DNA of 64,000 bases, taken from positions 22,205 through 86,204 of the forward strand of contig NZ_JAGIAW010000011.1 in NCBI RefSeq assembly GCF_017744655.1, given 5' to 3'. The translations under genes were made by a program, and so were the position numbers. Shown here piece after piece: positions 29,343-40,562 of the stretch. How positions within the stretch are numbered: the stretch's first letter is position 1; each line of letters begins with the position of its first letter. The notes under the pieces were generated by a model, which was not told the origin of the DNA, did no database searches, and was given only the letters and a program-made list of their open reading frames with translations. Source of the DNA: Devosia sp. Lineage in GTDB: Bacteria; Pseudomonadota; Alphaproteobacteria; Rhizobiales; Devosiaceae.

Positions 29343-30632
29343 TCAGCTTTCGCGCTTGACCACTTCGGGAATGAGGCCCTTCGGCGCAAAGCGGAGTGCA
29401 ATGGTGATGACAAGACCGAGAACGAAGACGCGCATCTGCGCCGAGCGCGCTTCAATTTCCGGAATCGCGCCCCAGCCAAATTGCGTCGACCAGGTGCTGA
29501 CGAAATCAAACACGGCCTTCGACAGGGGCTCGGAGACCACCCAGATCAGCCAGAGAAGCACGGCCCCAAACAGCGCACCCCAGTTGTTGCCTGCGCCGCC
29601 GACGATCACCATGACCCAGATGAGGAAAGTGTGGTTGATCGGTTGATAGCTCGACGGATCGAAGATCTGCACAAAGCTGACCAGCATGGCACCGCCAATG
29701 CCCATCAACACCGAACCGAACACGAAAATTTCGAGCTGGCGGGCGGTGACGTTCTTGCCCATCGAGGTTGCGGCAATGTGGTTGTCTCGGATGGCGCGCA
29801 TCATGCGGCCCCAGGGCCCGGCATAGGCCCGCGAGATCAGCCAGAGCACAACGCCGAGAACGACAATGGCAAGCAGCAGATAGATGGCACGTGCGGTCAG
29901 CAGCGAGTCGGCGATACTCATGCCGCCGGCCTGCAACTGCTGCGGCAGCGGGGTCGGCCATGGGATCGGCGACACGGTCAGCGTGCCGCGCGTCAGCCAA
30001 TCCATGTTCTTGATCAGCGCGCGGATGATTTCCGAAATGCCGATGGTCGCGATGGCGAGATAGTCGGTGCGGAGGCCCAGACAAATCTTGCCGACGACAT
30101 AGGCGATACCAGCCGCCAGGACGCCACCGAAGACCCAGCCGAGGATCGGGTGACCGCCAAGACCACCGACCCAGCCGCCACCGGCTGCCGATTCGATATA
30201 GGCCGCTGCGGGATCAAGCTGGCTGCGATAGAGCACGTAGGCGATGAACCAGGCAAGGACGGTCAGCGCAGCCTTCCACTTGCCGGCAATGCCGATGCGA
30301 TCGGCCTTGCGTGCGGCAAGGACGATCAGCGCACCGCCGGCAAAGGCGAGCAGCGCCCTGCCCAGCATGGCGGGACCTTCAGAACCCCAGAAGACTGGGT
30401 TGACCGGGTAGGAAATGAAGGTGACGGCTGCGCCGCCAACCATGAGAAAACCCATGATGCCGAAGTTGAAGAGACCGCCATATCCCCATTGGATATTGAG
30501 CCCCAGCGCGATCAGCGCATAGGCGGCTGCTTCGACGAGGCGCGAGGAGGTGAAGGGCGCACCCATCACCCCGCCCATGAGCAGGATGAGCACGAAAAGG
30601 CCGCCGAAAAGCGTCAGGGAACGCTGGATCAT
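29343..30632 (-). CDS. livM: Branched-chain amino acid ABC transporter permease
   Basis: Polytopic LivM-type permease (..YGGLFNFGIMGF.., ..AIRDNHIAATSMGKNV..). 4-nt overlap with livH. Confidence 0.8.
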   Translation of the reverse strand: MIQRSLTLFGGLFVLILLMGGVMGAPFTSSRLVEAAAYALIALGLNIQWGYGGLFNFGIMGFLMVGGAAVTFISYPVNPVFWGSEGPAMLGRALLAFAGGALIVLAARKADRIGIAGKWKAALTVLAWFIAYVLYRSQLDPAAAYIESAAGGGWVGGLGGHPILGWVFGGVLAAGIAYVVGKICLGLRTDYLAIATIGISEIIRALIKNMDWLTRGTLTVSPIPWPTPLPQQLQAGGMSIADSLLTARAIYLLLAIVVLGVVLWLISRAYAGPWGRMMRAIRDNHIAATSMGKNVTARQLEIFVFGSVLMGIGGAMLVSFVQIFDPSSYQPINHTFLIWVMVIVGGAGNNWGALFGAVLLWLIWVVSEPLSKAVFDFVSTWSTQFGWGAIPEIEARSAQMRVFVLGLVITIALRFAPKGLIPEVVKRES

Positions 30633-31633
30633 GACGAGGCTCCCTTGAAAATACCGGTCGGTCGCACGAGCAGTGTGACGACGAGAATAACGAAAGCGAC
30701 GGTGAGCTTGTACTCTGTCGGCACCAGCGCCAGCGTCGGCGGCAACTGCATCCAGTCAGGCAGGATGGCGTTGAGCGGCCGCAGCAGCATGGTCCAGTTG
30801 AACACCGCCAGCGTTTCAGCAAAGCCGATGAGCAGGCCACCGGCAATGGCCCCATAGGCTTGGCCGAGGCCACCGACGATGGCGGCGGCAAAGATCGGCA
30901 GGATGATGTTGAACGCCAGATCCGGCTTCAGCGTCACGTCAAGCGCCAGCATGGTGCCGGCCATGCAACCGAGCGCACCGGCGATGATCCAGGTAACGCG
31001 CACGACAAGCGTGGTATTGATACCCGAAACCTGCGCCAGATCAGCATTATCGGCCATGGCGCGCATGGCCTTGCCGAGACGCGAACGCGTCAGAAAGAAG
31101 TGCAGCGCTAGCACCGAAACGAAGGTGACGAGGATCATCAGGACCTGCGGCTCGGTGATCACCAGCGGGCGCGTCGACCCGATGGCCGTCATATCGAAAC
31201 GGAACACTTCCTTGGGCTCGGTCTCGAAGAACGAGTAGGAACCGGCGCCGAAGAACAGGCGAATGAGACCCTGGATCATCAGCGTCACGCCGATGGAGGC
31301 GATCAGCAGCGTCACGGGCTTCGCACCGCGCTTACGCAGGGGCGCATAAAAGCCCTTGTCGATCCCCAGCGCCAGAATGGCGGCCAGCACCATGGCGATG
31401 GGCAGCACGACAAAGCCGGTCGGAATGGGAGTGACAATGCCCCAGGCGGCAAAGAGGCTGGCGAGCAGGAAGGCGATGAAGGCACCGCCCGTCATCAGTT
31501 CGGAATGGGCAAAGTGCGCGAAGCGCAAAATGCCAAAGATCAGCGTGATGCCGATGGCACCCAGTGCATAGATGCAGCCCAGCACGAGACCGGAAATGAT
31601 CACCTGATTGGTGAAGAAAATGAGTTCGGTCAC
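30629..31633 (-). CDS. livH: Branched-chain amino acid ABC transporter permease
   Basis: LivH-type permease (..GCIYALGAIGITLIFGILRFAHFAH.., ..AMRAMADNADLAQVSGIN..). Confidence 0.8.
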   Translation of the reverse strand: MTELIFFTNQVIISGLVLGCIYALGAIGITLIFGILRFAHFAHSELMTGGAFIAFLLASLFAAWGIVTPIPTGFVVLPIAMVLAAILALGIDKGFYAPLRKRGAKPVTLLIASIGVTLMIQGLIRLFFGAGSYSFFETEPKEVFRFDMTAIGSTRPLVITEPQVLMILVTFVSVLALHFFLTRSRLGKAMRAMADNADLAQVSGINTTLVVRVTWIIAGALGCMAGTMLALDVTLKPDLAFNIILPIFAAAIVGGLGQAYGAIAGGLLIGFAETLAVFNWTMLLRPLNAILPDWMQLPPTLALVPTEYKLTVAFVILVVTLLVRPTGIFKGASS

Positions 31634-31636
31634 GGC

Positions 31637-32341
31637 TCAGCCCCCGAGGAAAGACTTGGCGACTTCCGGGTCGGCGATAAGCTCCGCCCCGGTGCCGGTG
31701 AAGCGGTTTTGCCCGCTGGCAAGCACGAAACCCTTGGAGGCAAAGGCCAGGGCCTGACGTGCATTCTGCTCGACCATGAGAATGCCAACGCCTTCCTGAT
31801 TGACGCGCCGGATGGTCTCGAAAATTTCGATGACGTAGCGCGGCGACAGGCCCGCAGAGGGCTCGTCGAGCATCAGCAGCGTCGGCTTGCTCATCAGTGC
31901 GCGGCCCATGGCCACCATCTGCCGCTGGCCGCCGGAGAGCTCGCCCGCCGGCTGACGGCGCTTCTCGCGCAGCACCGGGAACATCTCGTAGACCCATTCC
32001 ATGGTTTCGGAAAAATCGTCGGTGCGCGTGAAGGCGCCCATTTCGAGATTTTCTTCGACCGACATGGAAGTGAAGACGTTTTTTTCCTGCGGCACGAAGC
32101 TCAGCCCCTTGGGCACGAGCTTGTCCGGCAGGGAGTTGGCGACGTTCTCGCCACCAAACTCGATAGTGCCGCCAGTGACCTTCAAAAGCCCAAAGATGGC
32201 TTTCAGCGTCGTCGACTTGCCGGCGCCATTGGGACCGACGATGACGCCGATATCCGATTTCTCGATGGCGATATTGACGCCATTGAGAATGGGCGCGCCG
32301 CCATAGCCCCCCACCACATGCTTGAGTTCGATCAACGGCAT
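31637..32341 (-). CDS. livF: Branched-chain amino acid ABC transporter ATP-binding protein
   Basis: Walker A GPNGAGKST, signature LSGGQRQ and Walker B LLMLDEPS. ATG 32341 overlaps the livG stop (ATGA). Confidence 0.8.
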   Translation of the reverse strand: MPLIELKHVVGGYGGAPILNGVNIAIEKSDIGVIVGPNGAGKSTTLKAIFGLLKVTGGTIEFGGENVANSLPDKLVPKGLSFVPQEKNVFTSMSVEENLEMGAFTRTDDFSETMEWVYEMFPVLREKRRQPAGELSGGQRQMVAMGRALMSKPTLLMLDEPSAGLSPRYVIEIFETIRRVNQEGVGILMVEQNARQALAFASKGFVLASGQNRFTGTGAELIADPEVAKSFLGG

Positions 32342-33126
32342 CAGACAGCGACCTCGGCAGGCGAGCCGAAATAGGCTTCGACGATTTGGGGATTGGCGCG
32401 GATTTCGGCCATCGGGCCCTCGGCGATCTTCTCGCCCTGCGCCATGACGATGACGGGATCGCAAAGCCGTCCGATCAGGTCCATGTCATGCTCGATGACG
32501 AAGAACGTATAGCCAAGCTCGCGATTCATGCGCTCGATATTGCCGGCGAGATCGTTGAGGAGGCTCTTGTTGACGCCGGCGGCGACTTCGTCGAGCAGCA
32601 CGACCTTGGCGTCGACCATCATGGTGCGGCCGAGCTCAAGCAGCTTCTTCTGGCCGCCCGAGAGATTCCCCGCGAGCTCATTGCGCACATGGCCGAGCTT
32701 CAAAAAATCGATGACGTCGAGCGCCTTCTTGCGCACCTCGGTTTCGCGGCTCTTTACGAGGCCCGGCCGGAACCAGGTCGAAACCAGATGCTCGCCCGGC
32801 TGGTCGCCCGGCACCATCATCAGGTTTTCGAGCGCCGTCATCTGGCTGAATTCATGCGCGATCTGAAAGGTGCGCAGCATGCCGATGCGGAAAAGCTGGT
32901 ATGGCTTCATACCAGTGACATCAGCACCATCGAAGATCACTCGGCCGCTATCGGGCGTGATATTGCCGGCGACCATGTTGAACAGGGTCGACTTGCCTGC
33001 GCCATTGGGGCCGATGAGCCCGGTGATCGATCCGCGCCGGACCGAGAGCGAACAATTATTGACAGCCAGAAGGCCGCCAAATCTTTTAGAGACGTCGCGA
33101 ACGTCTATAACCAAATCGGTGGTCAC
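32341..33126 (-). CDS. livG: Branched-chain amino acid ABC transporter ATP-binding protein
   Basis: Walker A GPNGAGKST, signature LSGGQKK and Walker B VVLLDEVA. The proposed GTG start at 33126 is uncertain. Confidence 0.75.
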   Translation of the reverse strand: MTTDLVIDVRDVSKRFGGLLAVNNCSLSVRRGSITGLIGPNGAGKSTLFNMVAGNITPDSGRVIFDGADVTGMKPYQLFRIGMLRTFQIAHEFSQMTALENLMMVPGDQPGEHLVSTWFRPGLVKSRETEVRKKALDVIDFLKLGHVRNELAGNLSGGQKKLLELGRTMMVDAKVVLLDEVAAGVNKSLLNDLAGNIERMNRELGYTFFVIEHDMDLIGRLCDPVIVMAQGEKIAEGPMAEIRANPQIVEAYFGSPAEVAV

Positions 33127-33282
33127 TAAGCGCCCCGAATTTCCTGAATGCCATGCCGCCCGGTTCAATCCAGGCAATTTTGGGGCATCTGCTCACAAGA
33201 GGGGCAAAGGGTCAACGCCGCTGCGCCTCCCTTGGGGACAAAAAGACCTGATGAAATCGATTCTTTCAGGGATTTCAGTGGG

Positions 33283-33657
33283 TCAGACGGCAGCCAGGAC
33301 AGCATCCGCCGTCGAACGGTTGTTGGCGAGCGGCACATCGTAGAGCGTCGCAAGGCGGGTAAGGGCCTTCACGTCTACATCATGCGGCTGGGCCGAAAGC
33401 GGATCGATGAAGAAAATCAGCACATCGAGCCGACCTTCGCAGATCATCGCCCCCAATTGCTGGTCCCCGCCCAGCGGCCCGCTTTTGAGCAATTGCACGG
33501 TGAGCCCCGTGGCGGCCATGACCCGGCTGCCGGTCGTGCCCGTGCCCCAGAGCTCATGCTGGACGAGCTTATGCCGATGCCGTTCGGCCCACGCGCAGAG
33601 GTCATCCTTCTTGTCGTCGTGAGCCACGAGCCCGATGCGCGCCATGCAAGCCTCCAT
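33283..33657 (-). CDS. mgsA: Methylglyoxal synthase
   Basis: IGLVAHDDKKDDL..L.GTGTTG..SGPLGGDQQ..DPL..QPHDVDVKAL are the canonical MgsA motifs. Confidence 0.9.
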   Translation of the reverse strand: MEACMARIGLVAHDDKKDDLCAWAERHRHKLVQHELWGTGTTGSRVMAATGLTVQLLKSGPLGGDQQLGAMICEGRLDVLIFFIDPLSAQPHDVDVKALTRLATLYDVPLANNRSTADAVLAAV

Positions 33658-33680
33658 ATGTCAGGCGTTTCAAGCACGGC

Positions 33681-34040
33681 TCAGGCAAATAGCGCAATGG
33701 CTTCCATGAGAAAGAGGCCGATCTCCTTGTCGGGTACGGCCTGGCCGGGAGCAAGGCGCAGAATGCGTCCCTTCTTTCCCGGCTCGCCCACCAGCAGACC
33801 ATCGGGATCGGACAACAGGCTGCCGCGCTGGAAGAAGATCGAGACGCGCTCGGGCTGGGCCAGTACGGCGCAAACATAGCCCGCTTTGGCATGGCTGAAA
33901 TTGACTGAGCGCCAGCCGGGCATGACCTTGCCCGAAAGCTGGGGATGGCCGGCGATGAGCGTGACAACCTCGCGAGTCAGCGCCCCTATCGCGGGCGACA
34001 TGGGTTGCAGGATGGCATCAAGGCCCTGCAGATCATGCAT
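33681..34040 (-). CDS. DUF1801-like small protein
   Basis: 119-aa ORF from ATG 34040 (GGGAG upstream). The ..GWRSVNFSHAKAGYVCAV..ERVSIFFQRG.. pattern resembles YdhG/DUF1801 proteins. Weak assignment. Confidence 0.45.
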   Translation of the reverse strand: MHDLQGLDAILQPMSPAIGALTREVVTLIAGHPQLSGKVMPGWRSVNFSHAKAGYVCAVLAQPERVSIFFQRGSLLSDPDGLLVGEPGKKGRILRLAPGQAVPDKEIGLFLMEAIALFA

Positions 34041-34122
34041 GCGAAACTCCCAATGGCGAAGCGCCACTGTCAGGTGGCGCTTCTGTGTCGGGCCCGGCAA
34101 TGTCAGTCTGTGTCAGCAGACC

Positions 34123-35736
34123 TCAGAACTCGTCCCAATCCTGCGCCAGGGCCGCGTTGCCATGGCTCTTGGGCATTGGCTTTGACATGGGCTTGGGCCG
34201 GCGCACTGCCGAAACTGGGGCCGCTGCAAGCCGCTGGTGGCCTTCGATGCGGAAGACGTCGACGATCTTGTCGAGTTCGCTCGCCTGAGCCTCCGTCTGC
34301 TCGATCGCGGCATTGGTTTCTTCCACCAGCGCCGCATTGTGCTGGGTCATCTCGTCCATCTGCCGGACGGCGACGGTCACTTCCTCAAGCGCGGCGGACT
34401 GCGTGCGATTGGCCTGCGCGATCGTATCGATCAGGTCAGAGCTTTCCTGCGCGCCGGCAAGAATGTCGAGCAGCACTTCGGCGGCGCGGGCCACCAATTG
34501 CGTCCCGCTGCGCACTTCGGCGGCTGATGTTTCGATCAGGGCCTTCACCTCCGAGGAGGCATTGGCTGCCGACTGGGCGAGACGCCGCACTTCTACGGCG
34601 ACGACCGCAAAACCCTTGCCTGCTTCGCCGGCCCGCGCCGCTTCCACCGAAGCATTGAGTGCCAGGAGATTGGTCTGGAACGCGATGTCGTCGATCATGC
34701 CGATGATATTGGAAATCTTGGCCGACGAGGTTTCGATGGCGCCCATTGCCCCGTTGGCGGCCGTGATCGCCTCACCGCCGCTCGTCGCGCTCTCGGCCAC
34801 GCTGCGGGCCTTGTCGCTGGCCGTCGCCGCGCGCTTGGCATTCTCCACCACTGCCGTCGAAAGCTGTTCGATCGCCGCGGTCGTTTCCTCGATCGTGGCC
34901 GCCTGGCGCGTCGTACGGTCGGCAAGATCATTGGCACCCGAGAGGATTTCGCCGGTCGCCACTTTCATCTGGCGCGATGTCTGCTGCAACTGCATGACAA
35001 TGGTGCTCAGGCGCTCGGCTACCGCATTGGTATCATGCTTGATCTGGTCGAATTCCGGATCAAGATCTGCGGTCACGCGCGTCGTCAGATCGCCGCGCGC
35101 CACATCCTGCAGCACCGCACCGGCAGCCGAGACGGCGGCCTGGATCTTGGCCTTGGCCGCGTCGTCCGCCTTCCTGGTATCGTCATTGAGCTTTTCGAAA
35201 TAGGCAGAAACGCCGATGTCGATATCGAGCATGATGGCCTTGAGCACCGAAACCAGCGAACTGGTCAGCACCTCGACATCCTTCATGACGTCCTTGGGAT
35301 CGCGCGGCACCGAACGCCCGAAAGCGCCCTTGGTCGGGGCCAGGGCCGTGGTCATGTAATCGGTGATGATACCAGTCACCAGCGTCTCGACGATGAGGCT
35401 ATAGCCCCCGATATGCCAGCGCGGCTCAAGCCCGATCTGGGCATGGCGCAGGCCGACGCGGGTGCTTGCTTCGAAATAATTGGCATCGAGCTGGCCCGAA
35501 GCAATGGCGCTCCAGTGGCCAACCTGCTTGCCCTGGGCACGGGCCATCTGCGGCTTGCCATCGAAGAAGCGCGAAACGGCCGGAACCTTGGCGATATGGC
35601 CATAGAAGCGTTCAAGCGCCGGCACGAGATGGGCTTCGATCAGGGGGCGGATGCGCGGCAGGCGGGCCCGGGCCTCTTCATCGAGTTGAACGAAATCCAG
35701 CCGCGACTGCAGCAGCTCGTGAGAAGATTTAGACAT
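34123..35736 (-). CDS. Soluble globin-coupled (HemAT-like) methyl-accepting chemotaxis protein
   Basis: N-terminal protoglobin/sensor-globin-like domain (..RLDFVQLDEEARARL..FYGHI..H..IGL..W..GY) with no TM segment. MA domain with [38 protein letters not shown]-terminal QDWDEF. Confidence 0.8.
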   Translation of the reverse strand: MSKSSHELLQSRLDFVQLDEEARARLPRIRPLIEAHLVPALERFYGHIAKVPAVSRFFDGKPQMARAQGKQVGHWSAIASGQLDANYFEASTRVGLRHAQIGLEPRWHIGGYSLIVETLVTGIITDYMTTALAPTKGAFGRSVPRDPKDVMKDVEVLTSSLVSVLKAIMLDIDIGVSAYFEKLNDDTRKADDAAKAKIQAAVSAAGAVLQDVARGDLTTRVTADLDPEFDQIKHDTNAVAERLSTIVMQLQQTSRQMKVATGEILSGANDLADRTTRQAATIEETTAAIEQLSTAVVENAKRAATASDKARSVAESATSGGEAITAANGAMGAIETSSAKISNIIGMIDDIAFQTNLLALNASVEAARAGEAGKGFAVVAVEVRRLAQSAANASSEVKALIETSAAEVRSGTQLVARAAEVLLDILAGAQESSDLIDTIAQANRTQSAALEEVTVAVRQMDEMTQHNAALVEETNAAIEQTEAQASELDKIVDVFRIEGHQRLAAAPVSAVRRPKPMSKPMPKSHGNAALAQDWDEF

Positions 35737-35886
35737 GACCGGCCTTTGGACTAGCAAAAGAGTGCTTAGTTTTAACCGCGGGCAAGTTCCCAATCTTGAT
35801 CACGATCAACTCGACAGACTTATGGTGGTCTTGGTAAATTTCCGGTTTATCGGCCTAGGAACTGCCTAGATAAAGGGCAGTCCGGG

Positions 35887-37587
35887 CTAGGCCGCCGAGC
35901 GCTCGTGCCGCGCGCTCCTTTGCTCCTGGCGGAAGACGTCGACAATGCCGTCGAGCTTGGCGGCCTGGGCCTCGGTCTGCTCGATGGCGGCATTGGTTTG
36001 CTCCACCAGCGCCGCATTGTGCTGGGTCATTTCGTCCATTTGTCGAACGGCCGTCGCGACCTCGTTGAGCGCCCCCGATTGTTCGCGGCTGGCCCTGGCC
36101 ATATCCCCGATCAGCCCAAAACTGTCCTCGGCCCCGCGCAGGATATCGTCGAGTTTTCGCGCCGCCTGCTCGACAAGCTGGGCGCCGGTCCGCACTTCGC
36201 CGGCGCTGGTTTCAATGAGCGCCTTGACGTCGGCCGAAGCCTGCGCCGCCGATTGGGCAAGGCGTCGCACTTCCACGGCCACCACGGCAAAGCCCTTGCC
36301 CGCATCGCCCGCCCGAGCCGCCTCGACGGAGGCGTTGAGAGCCAGAAGATTGGTCTGGAAGGCGATATCGTCGATCAGCCCGATAATGTTGGAAATCTTG
36401 CCCGAGGAAGCCTCGATGGCCGCCATGGCCTCGGTCGCCTCCCCCATCACCGCGCCGCCCTTGGTCGCGTCTTCGGCAAGATTTTTTGCCTTTTCGCTGG
36501 CGGCCGCCGCGCGCTTGGCATTTTCCGAAACGGTCCCGGCCAATTGTTCGACCGCGGCCGAGGTTTCCTCGATCGTCGCGGCCTGCCGTGTCGTGCGCTG
36601 CGAGAGATCATTGGCGCCGGCGAGGATTTCGGCAGTGGCGGTTTTCAGCGAGCCCGATGTGGTGCGCAGCCCACCGACAATGGTTTCGAGCTGGCTCAGC
36701 GATTGGTTGAATGCTTGCCGGAGCTGCTCATATTGGCCGGTAAAGCTGGTATCGATCCGCCCCCCGAGATCGCCATTGGACATGCGCGCCAGGCTCTGGG
36801 TCAAAAGCGCGATAATGCCTTCGGCCCGCTTGCGTTCGGAAATGTCGGTCGCGAACTTGACCACCTTTACCACCTTGCCGGCGGCATCGAAGATCGGGTT
36901 GTAGCTGGCCTGGATCCATATCTCCTTGCCACCCTTGCCGAAGCGCTGGAACTCGGCCGAGATATATTCGCCCGCCCCCAGCCTTTGCCAGAAAGACCTA
37001 TATTCGGCGCTGGCGGCAAAGTCCTTGTCGCAGAACATCGAATGGTGCCGACCGACGATTTCTTCGAGACGATAGCCAAGGGTCGAGAGAAAATTCTGGT
37101 TGGCCTCGATGACCGTGCCATCGAGCTTGAAGGCGATGACGGCCTGGACGCGGGAGATCGCTGCCACCTGCGCCGCATGGTCGGCGGCAACGCCCACCTG
37201 CTCGGTAATGTCGGTGGCGAACTTGATGACCTTTATCGGCTTGCCGGACTTGTCCATGACCGGATTGTAGCTGGCCTGGATCCAGATTTCCCTTCCGCCC
37301 TTGGCGAGGCGTCGATAGGCGCCCGATTGAAACGAACCGCGCCGCAGCTCGGCCCAGAAATTCCTGTACTCTTCGCTTGCCGCAAAAGCAGGATCGCAGA
37401 ACATCGAATGATGCTTGCCAGCGACCTCCTCAAGGCGATAGCCCGTCGCGCCAAGGAAATTCTCATTGGCTGTGATGATCTTGCCTTCGAGGGTGAATTC
37501 GATGACTGCCTGGCTGCGCGAAATAGCCGCGCACTTGGCCTCAAGATCCCGTGTTGAGGCACTCTGTCCAAAGCCCAGAGCTCGCAT
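35887..37587 (-). CDS. Soluble dual-PAS methyl-accepting chemotaxis protein
   Basis: Two tandem PAS repeats ([37 protein letters not shown] and [37 protein letters not shown]), no TM segment, and an MA domain. It lacks the C-terminal xWxxF pentapeptide. Confidence 0.85.
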   Translation of the reverse strand: MRALGFGQSASTRDLEAKCAAISRSQAVIEFTLEGKIITANENFLGATGYRLEEVAGKHHSMFCDPAFAASEEYRNFWAELRRGSFQSGAYRRLAKGGREIWIQASYNPVMDKSGKPIKVIKFATDITEQVGVAADHAAQVAAISRVQAVIAFKLDGTVIEANQNFLSTLGYRLEEIVGRHHSMFCDKDFAASAEYRSFWQRLGAGEYISAEFQRFGKGGKEIWIQASYNPIFDAAGKVVKVVKFATDISERKRAEGIIALLTQSLARMSNGDLGGRIDTSFTGQYEQLRQAFNQSLSQLETIVGGLRTTSGSLKTATAEILAGANDLSQRTTRQAATIEETSAAVEQLAGTVSENAKRAAAASEKAKNLAEDATKGGAVMGEATEAMAAIEASSGKISNIIGLIDDIAFQTNLLALNASVEAARAGDAGKGFAVVAVEVRRLAQSAAQASADVKALIETSAGEVRTGAQLVEQAARKLDDILRGAEDSFGLIGDMARASREQSGALNEVATAVRQMDEMTQHNAALVEQTNAAIEQTEAQAAKLDGIVDVFRQEQRSARHERSAA

Positions 37588-37866
37588 GATTTTGGCCTTT
37601 TCTCCGGGGCAACAGCCGCCTATCGCCCTCTCCACGAGGCTGCTCCCAGAGGGTTAACAAAACCCTGCCTGGCAAATAGAATGTTTTTCGTATTTCGGCA
37701 GGCGATATGTAAAAAGACATATCCGGAATTAATATGACAATTTAGATCAATACTTGCTGCAACATTGCTTTGAGCAAAACTGCGTATTCACGGCTGCATC
37801 GACCATTAGCAAGTCAGGAGCGATGCTGAATGCGTCCTCTATTAAGGTACAGTCCCAGAAAATGAG

Positions 37867-37891
37867 AAGGGGCGCCATTTCGGTGCCCCTT
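37867..37891 (-). terminator. Rho-independent terminator after the dCache MCP gene
   Basis: AAGGGGC-loop-GCCCCTT. On the minus strand it is followed by CTCATTTTCT. Confidence 0.65.
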
Positions 37892-37952
37892 TGCTTTGAA
37901 AATTCTACGGATAGAAGCTTCAACTTGGTGCAGGCACGGCGTGAGGTTCCGC

Positions 37953-40361
37953 TCAGAACTCATCCCAATCTGCCGAGATGGCAGCATTGCCCTGGCTGAG
38001 ATAGGCGCTGGCGGCCTTCTGGGTGCTCGCGGGCCGCGGGGCGGGGCGGGAAGGCTTTGACGCTACCGGCTGCGGCGCAGCAGAGCGATCGTCCGTGTGG
38101 AACACCGCCACGATCCGGTCGAGTTCGCTGGCCTGTGCTTCGGTCTGCTCGATGGCGGCATTGGTTTGTTCCACCAGCGCCGCATTGTGCTGGGTCATCT
38201 CGTCCATCTGACGGACGGCGACGGTCACTTCCTCGATCGCTGCGGCCTGTTCGCGACTGTCGCGCGCCATGCCTTCCATCAGCGCCGAATTGGAGCGCGC
38301 CGCCTCAAGCATGGCTGCGAGCTTTGCCGCCGCTTCCGCCACGAGTTTCGTTCCGGCGCCCACTTCACCCGAGGATGCCTCGATCAACGCCTTGACGTCG
38401 GAGGACGCCTGCGCCGCTGATTGTGCCAGGCGCCGCACTTCTACGGCGACCACCGCAAAACCCTTGCCGGCATCGCCCGCTCGCGCCGCTTCCACCGAGG
38501 CGTTGAGGGCGAGGAGATTCGTCTGGAAGGCAATGTCGTCGATCAGCCCGATAATGTTGGAAATCTTGCCCGAGGAGGTGGAAATCTGCTCCATAGCCTT
38601 GGTAGCGCGGCTCATCACTTCGCCGCCCTCTTCGGCCGTACGGCTCACCAATTGCGCATCGGCATTGGCATCGCGCGCCCGGTCGGCGTTCTGCAACACG
38701 GTATGAGCCAACTGCTCCATGGCCGCCGAGGTCTCTTCGATCGTCGCCGCCTGCTTGGTCGTACGCTCGCTGAGATCATTGGCGCCCGAGAGAATTTCCC
38801 CGGTTGCCGTCTTGATCGAGCGCGAGGTCTGTTTGAGCTGGCCGACCACATCGCTCAGCGTCTCGGCTACTGCATTGGCGTCATTCTTCAACTTGGCGAA
38901 AGCGCCGCTGAAATTGCCCTGCATGCGGACCGTGAGATCGGTCTTGGCCAGGGCCCCGAGCACGATACCGGTTTCCGACACGCCGCTATCGACGGTTTCG
39001 ACCAGCGAATTGACGCTGCGGGCGAGGCTGTTGAGTTCGGCATCCGGGAATTCGGCATGCACGCGCTTGGTAAAATCGCCGGCAATGGCGGCATCCACCA
39101 CTTCGCCAAAGGCGGCTTGCAGGTCGGTCATCATGGCGCGGCGCTGCTGCTCGTCAGCTATGATGCGCGCGGCTTCCGCCTCGGTCATCTGGCTGATCTT
39201 GAGCCCGTTCTCGCGGAACACTTCCACGGCCCGTGCCATATTGCCGATTTCGTCCTTGCCCTGCTGATAGGGCACGTCGAGATCATACTTGCCCTGCGCC
39301 AGTTCGCGCATGATGGCGGTCATCTTCTGGATTGGGCCGGAAATAAAGCCCGCACCGAACCAGACAAGGCCAAGCGCGATCAGCGCCAGCACCGCCGCCG
39401 CGCCAATGGCGAGATTGCGGGTGTTGTCGACGCCGGCATAGATCGTTGCCAGCGGCACCTGCATGATCATGGTCCACTGCTCGGGCACGCCCGGGAACTG
39501 CATCTGCGTGGTGACAGCAAACTGCTGCACCCCGGCAGCGTCCACATAGGCCATGCCCTGTTCCATGCGCGCCGTATCCTTGAGCGCAGCGGCAACGTCG
39601 GGGGCAACGGCCGTCCCGGCCAATGTCGGATCGGGATTGACGATCCAGAGGCCGTTATTGCTGATGAGCTGTACCGTGCCGACACCGAAGGGTTTCAGCT
39701 GGCCGATCACGCCGGCAATGGTGTCGAGCGTCAGGTCCGAGGTCAGGATGCCGATCGGCTTGTCGTCCTTGCGGATCACGACGCTGACCGTGGTCATCAG
39801 CACGGTCTTGCCACCCACCGTATAGCTATAGGGCGGCACCAGGGTATTGCGGTTTTCCTTGATCGGCAGGTCATACCAGTCGCCGGTTCCGGCTTCGGGC
39901 GACATATCGAGCTGCTCGACGATCAATTCGCCATTGGGCCGGGCAAAATAGGGCACGAAACGGCCCGTCGCATCCGAATAGGCATGGCCGATAAATTCGG
40001 CATCACGGCCATCGGGCTGGTTCGGTTCGAAAGCCAGCGTCATGCCCATCAGCGTCGGCCGCGCCTCGATGGCCTGGGTAACGATGCGCCCGAGCTGGTC
40101 GCGATCGATCACCTCACCCTGCATGGCCCCCTCGATCGCCGCACCCACGCCCTGGGTCATGTTGACGATGCCGCCGAGCTGGCCCGAGGCCATCTGCGAA
40201 TAGGAGGCGACAAGGGCTCTGGCGCGCTCCTGCGCTTCGGTGCCCGCCGTCTGATACATCAGGGCGATACCGCCGGCGATGAGCCCTGCCATGCTGACTG
40301 CAAACAGAACACCGGCGCCCGTTACCAGCTTGGCGCGAATGGAAAGATCGGAAAACTTCAT
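37953..40361 (-). CDS. Methyl-accepting chemotaxis protein with a double-Cache (dCache_1-like) periplasmic sensor
   Basis: TM1, a ~300-aa periplasmic domain (..[37 protein letters not shown]..), TM2, HAMP, MA domain and C-terminal ADWDEF. ATG 40361 chosen. Confidence 0.85.
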   Translation of the reverse strand: MKFSDLSIRAKLVTGAGVLFAVSMAGLIAGGIALMYQTAGTEAQERARALVASYSQMASGQLGGIVNMTQGVGAAIEGAMQGEVIDRDQLGRIVTQAIEARPTLMGMTLAFEPNQPDGRDAEFIGHAYSDATGRFVPYFARPNGELIVEQLDMSPEAGTGDWYDLPIKENRNTLVPPYSYTVGGKTVLMTTVSVVIRKDDKPIGILTSDLTLDTIAGVIGQLKPFGVGTVQLISNNGLWIVNPDPTLAGTAVAPDVAAALKDTARMEQGMAYVDAAGVQQFAVTTQMQFPGVPEQWTMIMQVPLATIYAGVDNTRNLAIGAAAVLALIALGLVWFGAGFISGPIQKMTAIMRELAQGKYDLDVPYQQGKDEIGNMARAVEVFRENGLKISQMTEAEAARIIADEQQRRAMMTDLQAAFGEVVDAAIAGDFTKRVHAEFPDAELNSLARSVNSLVETVDSGVSETGIVLGALAKTDLTVRMQGNFSGAFAKLKNDANAVAETLSDVVGQLKQTSRSIKTATGEILSGANDLSERTTKQAATIEETSAAMEQLAHTVLQNADRARDANADAQLVSRTAEEGGEVMSRATKAMEQISTSSGKISNIIGLIDDIAFQTNLLALNASVEAARAGDAGKGFAVVAVEVRRLAQSAAQASSDVKALIEASSGEVGAGTKLVAEAAAKLAAMLEAARSNSALMEGMARDSREQAAAIEEVTVAVRQMDEMTQHNAALVEQTNAAIEQTEAQASELDRIVAVFHTDDRSAAPQPVASKPSRPAPRPASTQKAASAYLSQGNAAISADWDEF

Positions 40362-40562
40362 TTCAACGCAATTGCCTCCACACCCTTCTGGGCGGAATTC
40401 CCTCGCACAGCCCATTGCCGTCCCCCGGGCTGCGCCAAGAGAAAGCACCTGTGAAGGGCCGTCTGGTGGCCGCCGAAGCGGACCATGATTTGCAATGTCT
40501 GCGTCCGGGGCTAGCAATGCACGATTTGGGTTAAGTGCCGGTAAAGCATAAATGCAAACGAA

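Noticed and set aside
35847-35854. Perfect sigma-28 (FliA) -10 element GCCGATAA on the minus strand, ~110 nt upstream of the HemAT-like gene
   Set aside because: No TAAA -35 element lies at the expected ~15-nt spacing (the sequence there is CTTTATCT). No comparable element was seen upstream of the other MCP or che genes. Only a weak CCCGATAG occurs near 42693-42700. A single 8-mer is not enough.
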